DNA of 6,669 nucleotides from a virus (lineage: Duplodnaviria > Heunggongvirae > Uroviricota > Caudoviricetes): the IMG/VR virus record IMGVR_UViG_2711768007_000014; one strand, given 5' to 3'. The position numbers and the translations under genes were made by a program. The stretch's first letter is position 1, and every line of letters begins with the position of its first letter. The notes under the pieces are model-generated. The model was not told the DNA's origin and did not search any database. It saw only the letters and a program-made list of their open reading frames with translations. Below, piece by piece: positions 5,720 through 6,669 of the stretch.

Positions 5720-5803
5720 TTATCCCCAGCGGCAAATCGAATACACCACCAGCGCCACCGCCATCGCAATTCCTACCGTTGTTAATGCTTCAGGCCAGGT
5801 CAT
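5720..5803 (-). CDS. 27-codon hydrophobic small ORF ([27 protein letters not shown]), start overlapping the stop of the upstream ORF (ATGA)
   Basis: ATG overlaps the TGA of the 114-aa ORF. Hydrophobic core [16 protein letters not shown] is compatible with a membrane-inserted peptide. Its 3' end overlaps the candidate hok promoter. Below the ORF-track size cutoff; could be fortuitous. Confidence 0.3.
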   Translation of the reverse strand: MTWPEALTTVGIAMAVALVVYSICRWG

Positions 5804-6144
5804 CGTAAAATATCCTCCACGCTTATCAGTCCGTTCCGCTCCAGATAACTCATCGCCTTATCCGGTAATTTGCAGTCTGGCTTCGCTTTCCTCAGTTGCC
5901 AGGTTAACTGCTTTACCAGCATGGTTAACTCATCGACCAGACGCTGATATCCCACTGGTTTGTATTCATGCAATTTACCGGCTGGCTCTGCTGCCAGCGA
6001 TACCAGTGCGATTTCCAGAACAGCAATATCCATCTTATATGTGCGGATGATGTCATGGTCGATTGTGCCCGGTATGCACAGTCTCTGTGCTTCAATAGTC
6101 TCCTCTGCGTGAGCTATTAACTGCTCTCTGGTAAAAGTCGTCAT
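5800..6144 (-). CDS. Hypothetical protein (114 aa), paralogous in its N-terminal half to the upstream 55-aa ORF
   Basis: ORF with start overlapping the upstream ORF stop (ATGA). Shares MTT(F/I)T(R/K)E and (E/D)(L/I)A...IAL(V/A)SL(A/E)AEP with the 55-aa ORF. No family recognised. Confidence 0.55.
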   Translation of the reverse strand: MTTFTREQLIAHAEETIEAQRLCIPGTIDHDIIRTYKMDIAVLEIALVSLAAEPAGKLHEYKPVGYQRLVDELTMLVKQLTWQLRKAKPDCKLPDKAMSYLERNGLISVEDILR

Positions 6145-6308
6145 GCCGTAGCCCCTTCTTGATATTTTTCAAACCAGAACACAACCGGCTCTGCTTCCAG
6201 CGATGCCAGCGCAATCCGTGCCAGTTCCATTTGTTCACCACGGGTAAGCCCGTTTTCAAGCGGGTTTTTAATGAACAATTCAATACGTTCTTTGGTAATA
6301 GTGGTCAT
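6141..6308 (-). CDS. Hypothetical small protein (55 aa; [55 protein letters not shown])
   Basis: Not in the ORF track (below size cutoff); found by manual translation. Perfect Shine-Dalgarno AAGGAG 5 nt upstream of the ATG at 6308; stop overlaps the next ORF start. Paralogous to the first half of the 114-aa ORF. Confidence 0.5.
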   Translation of the reverse strand: MTTITKERIELFIKNPLENGLTRGEQMELARIALASLEAEPVVFWFEKYQEGATA

Positions 6309-6318
6309 GTGTTACTCC

Positions 6319-6517
6319 TTAACCCGCAGTGCTTTCAACTGATGAGGGGAACAAAATCTTTTCATCAAACCCTGCATTCATATCATGAACAGCAACACAC
6401 CAATCCATCGACGAACGATTATCAAGAGCCTCCATGATTTCATCCATGCGGCGTAGGTCATACAGGTAAATGCTTTTATCGCCAATGGTGTAAAAGCCAA
6501 TTTTTTTCGGTGATGGA
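6319..6517 (-). CDS. Hypothetical ORF whose reading frame stays open up to the IS junction; possibly the 3' portion of a gene interrupted by the IS
   Basis: The track ORF 6319-6549 begins inside IS-derived sequence. The prophage-derived part encodes ...PSPKKIGFYTIGDKSIYLYDLRRMDEIMEALDNRSSMDWCVAVHDMNAGFDEKILFPSSVESTAG. Internal Met codons could instead be the true start. No family recognised. Confidence 0.35.
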
Positions 6518-6669
6518 TGAGGTGTACTGGCAATAGCGGACACTACCATTTGTTCTTTTTTTAAGCAGCCATCTGATGATATTTTTCCCTGAAGGCTGCC
6601 GGGGAGATATTCCCCAGACGAGAGTGACGACGCTGACGATTGTAGAAAATCTCAATGTATTCCCGTATT
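6518..6669 (-). mobile_element. Second copy of the same IS3-family right end, in inverted orientation; cut by the window edge
   Basis: Exact reverse complement of 1-152. Confidence 0.75.
6561..6668 (-). CDS. IS3-family transposase C-terminal 35 codons (second, inverted copy), truncated by window edge
   Basis: Mirror image of the 2-109 partial CDS; identical translation ...IEIFYNRQRRHSRLGNISPAAFREKYHQMAA. Confidence 0.75.
   Translation of the reverse strand: MREYIEIFYNRQRRHSRLGNISPAAFREKYHQMAA

Noticed and set aside
5720-6308. relB/relE antitoxin-toxin pair expected next to hokD by analogy with the E. coli K-12 Qin prophage
   Set aside because: The translated ORFs upstream of hok do not resemble RelB or RelE as I recall them; they are treated as unknown.
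6092-6437. ORFs 6092-6283 (-) and 6159-6437 (+)
   Set aside because: The minus-strand ORF is in a different frame from the coupled 55-aa and 114-aa ORFs and lacks a ribosome binding site; the plus-strand ORF is antisense to them. I preferred the manually found 6141-6308 ORF with its perfect AAGGAG site.
1-6669. CRISPR array or integron-like repeats
   Set aside because: No short direct repeats with regular spacing; the only long repeat is the inverted IS end pair.

Overview
This 6.67-kb window is a lambdoid-prophage fragment (nin region, Q antiterminator, late leader) bracketed by two inverted copies of the right end of an IS3-family insertion sequence; positions 1-152 are the exact reverse complement of 6518-6669. 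Every credible gene between the IS ends is on the minus strand. In transcription order (high to low coordinates): a possibly IS-truncated ORF, two tandem paralogous small ORFs plus a 27-codon hydrophobic ORF with no family I recognise, a hok/sok-type type I toxin-antitoxin locus (HokD/RelF-like), an apparently frameshifted gene, a DUF968/HNH-motif protein, RusA Holliday-junction resolvase, a Q-like antiterminator with four CxxCxGxG zinc-finger repeats, a pR'-like promoter and tR'-like terminator, a small HTH protein, an orphan DPPY-type DNA methyltransferase, and a tRNA-Ile(CAU)/tRNA-Arg(UCG)/tRNA-Arg(UCU) cluster with terminator. This Q-methylase-tRNA arrangement is the one that, as I recall it, lies immediately upstream of stxAB in Stx converting phages. 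Here the downstream cargo/lysis position is occupied by about 400 bp of non-coding DNA and then the IS end. The best candidate for something undescribed is the translationally coupled small-ORF cluster upstream of hok (5720-6517). All family assignments rest on motif recognition and recall, not on any database search.
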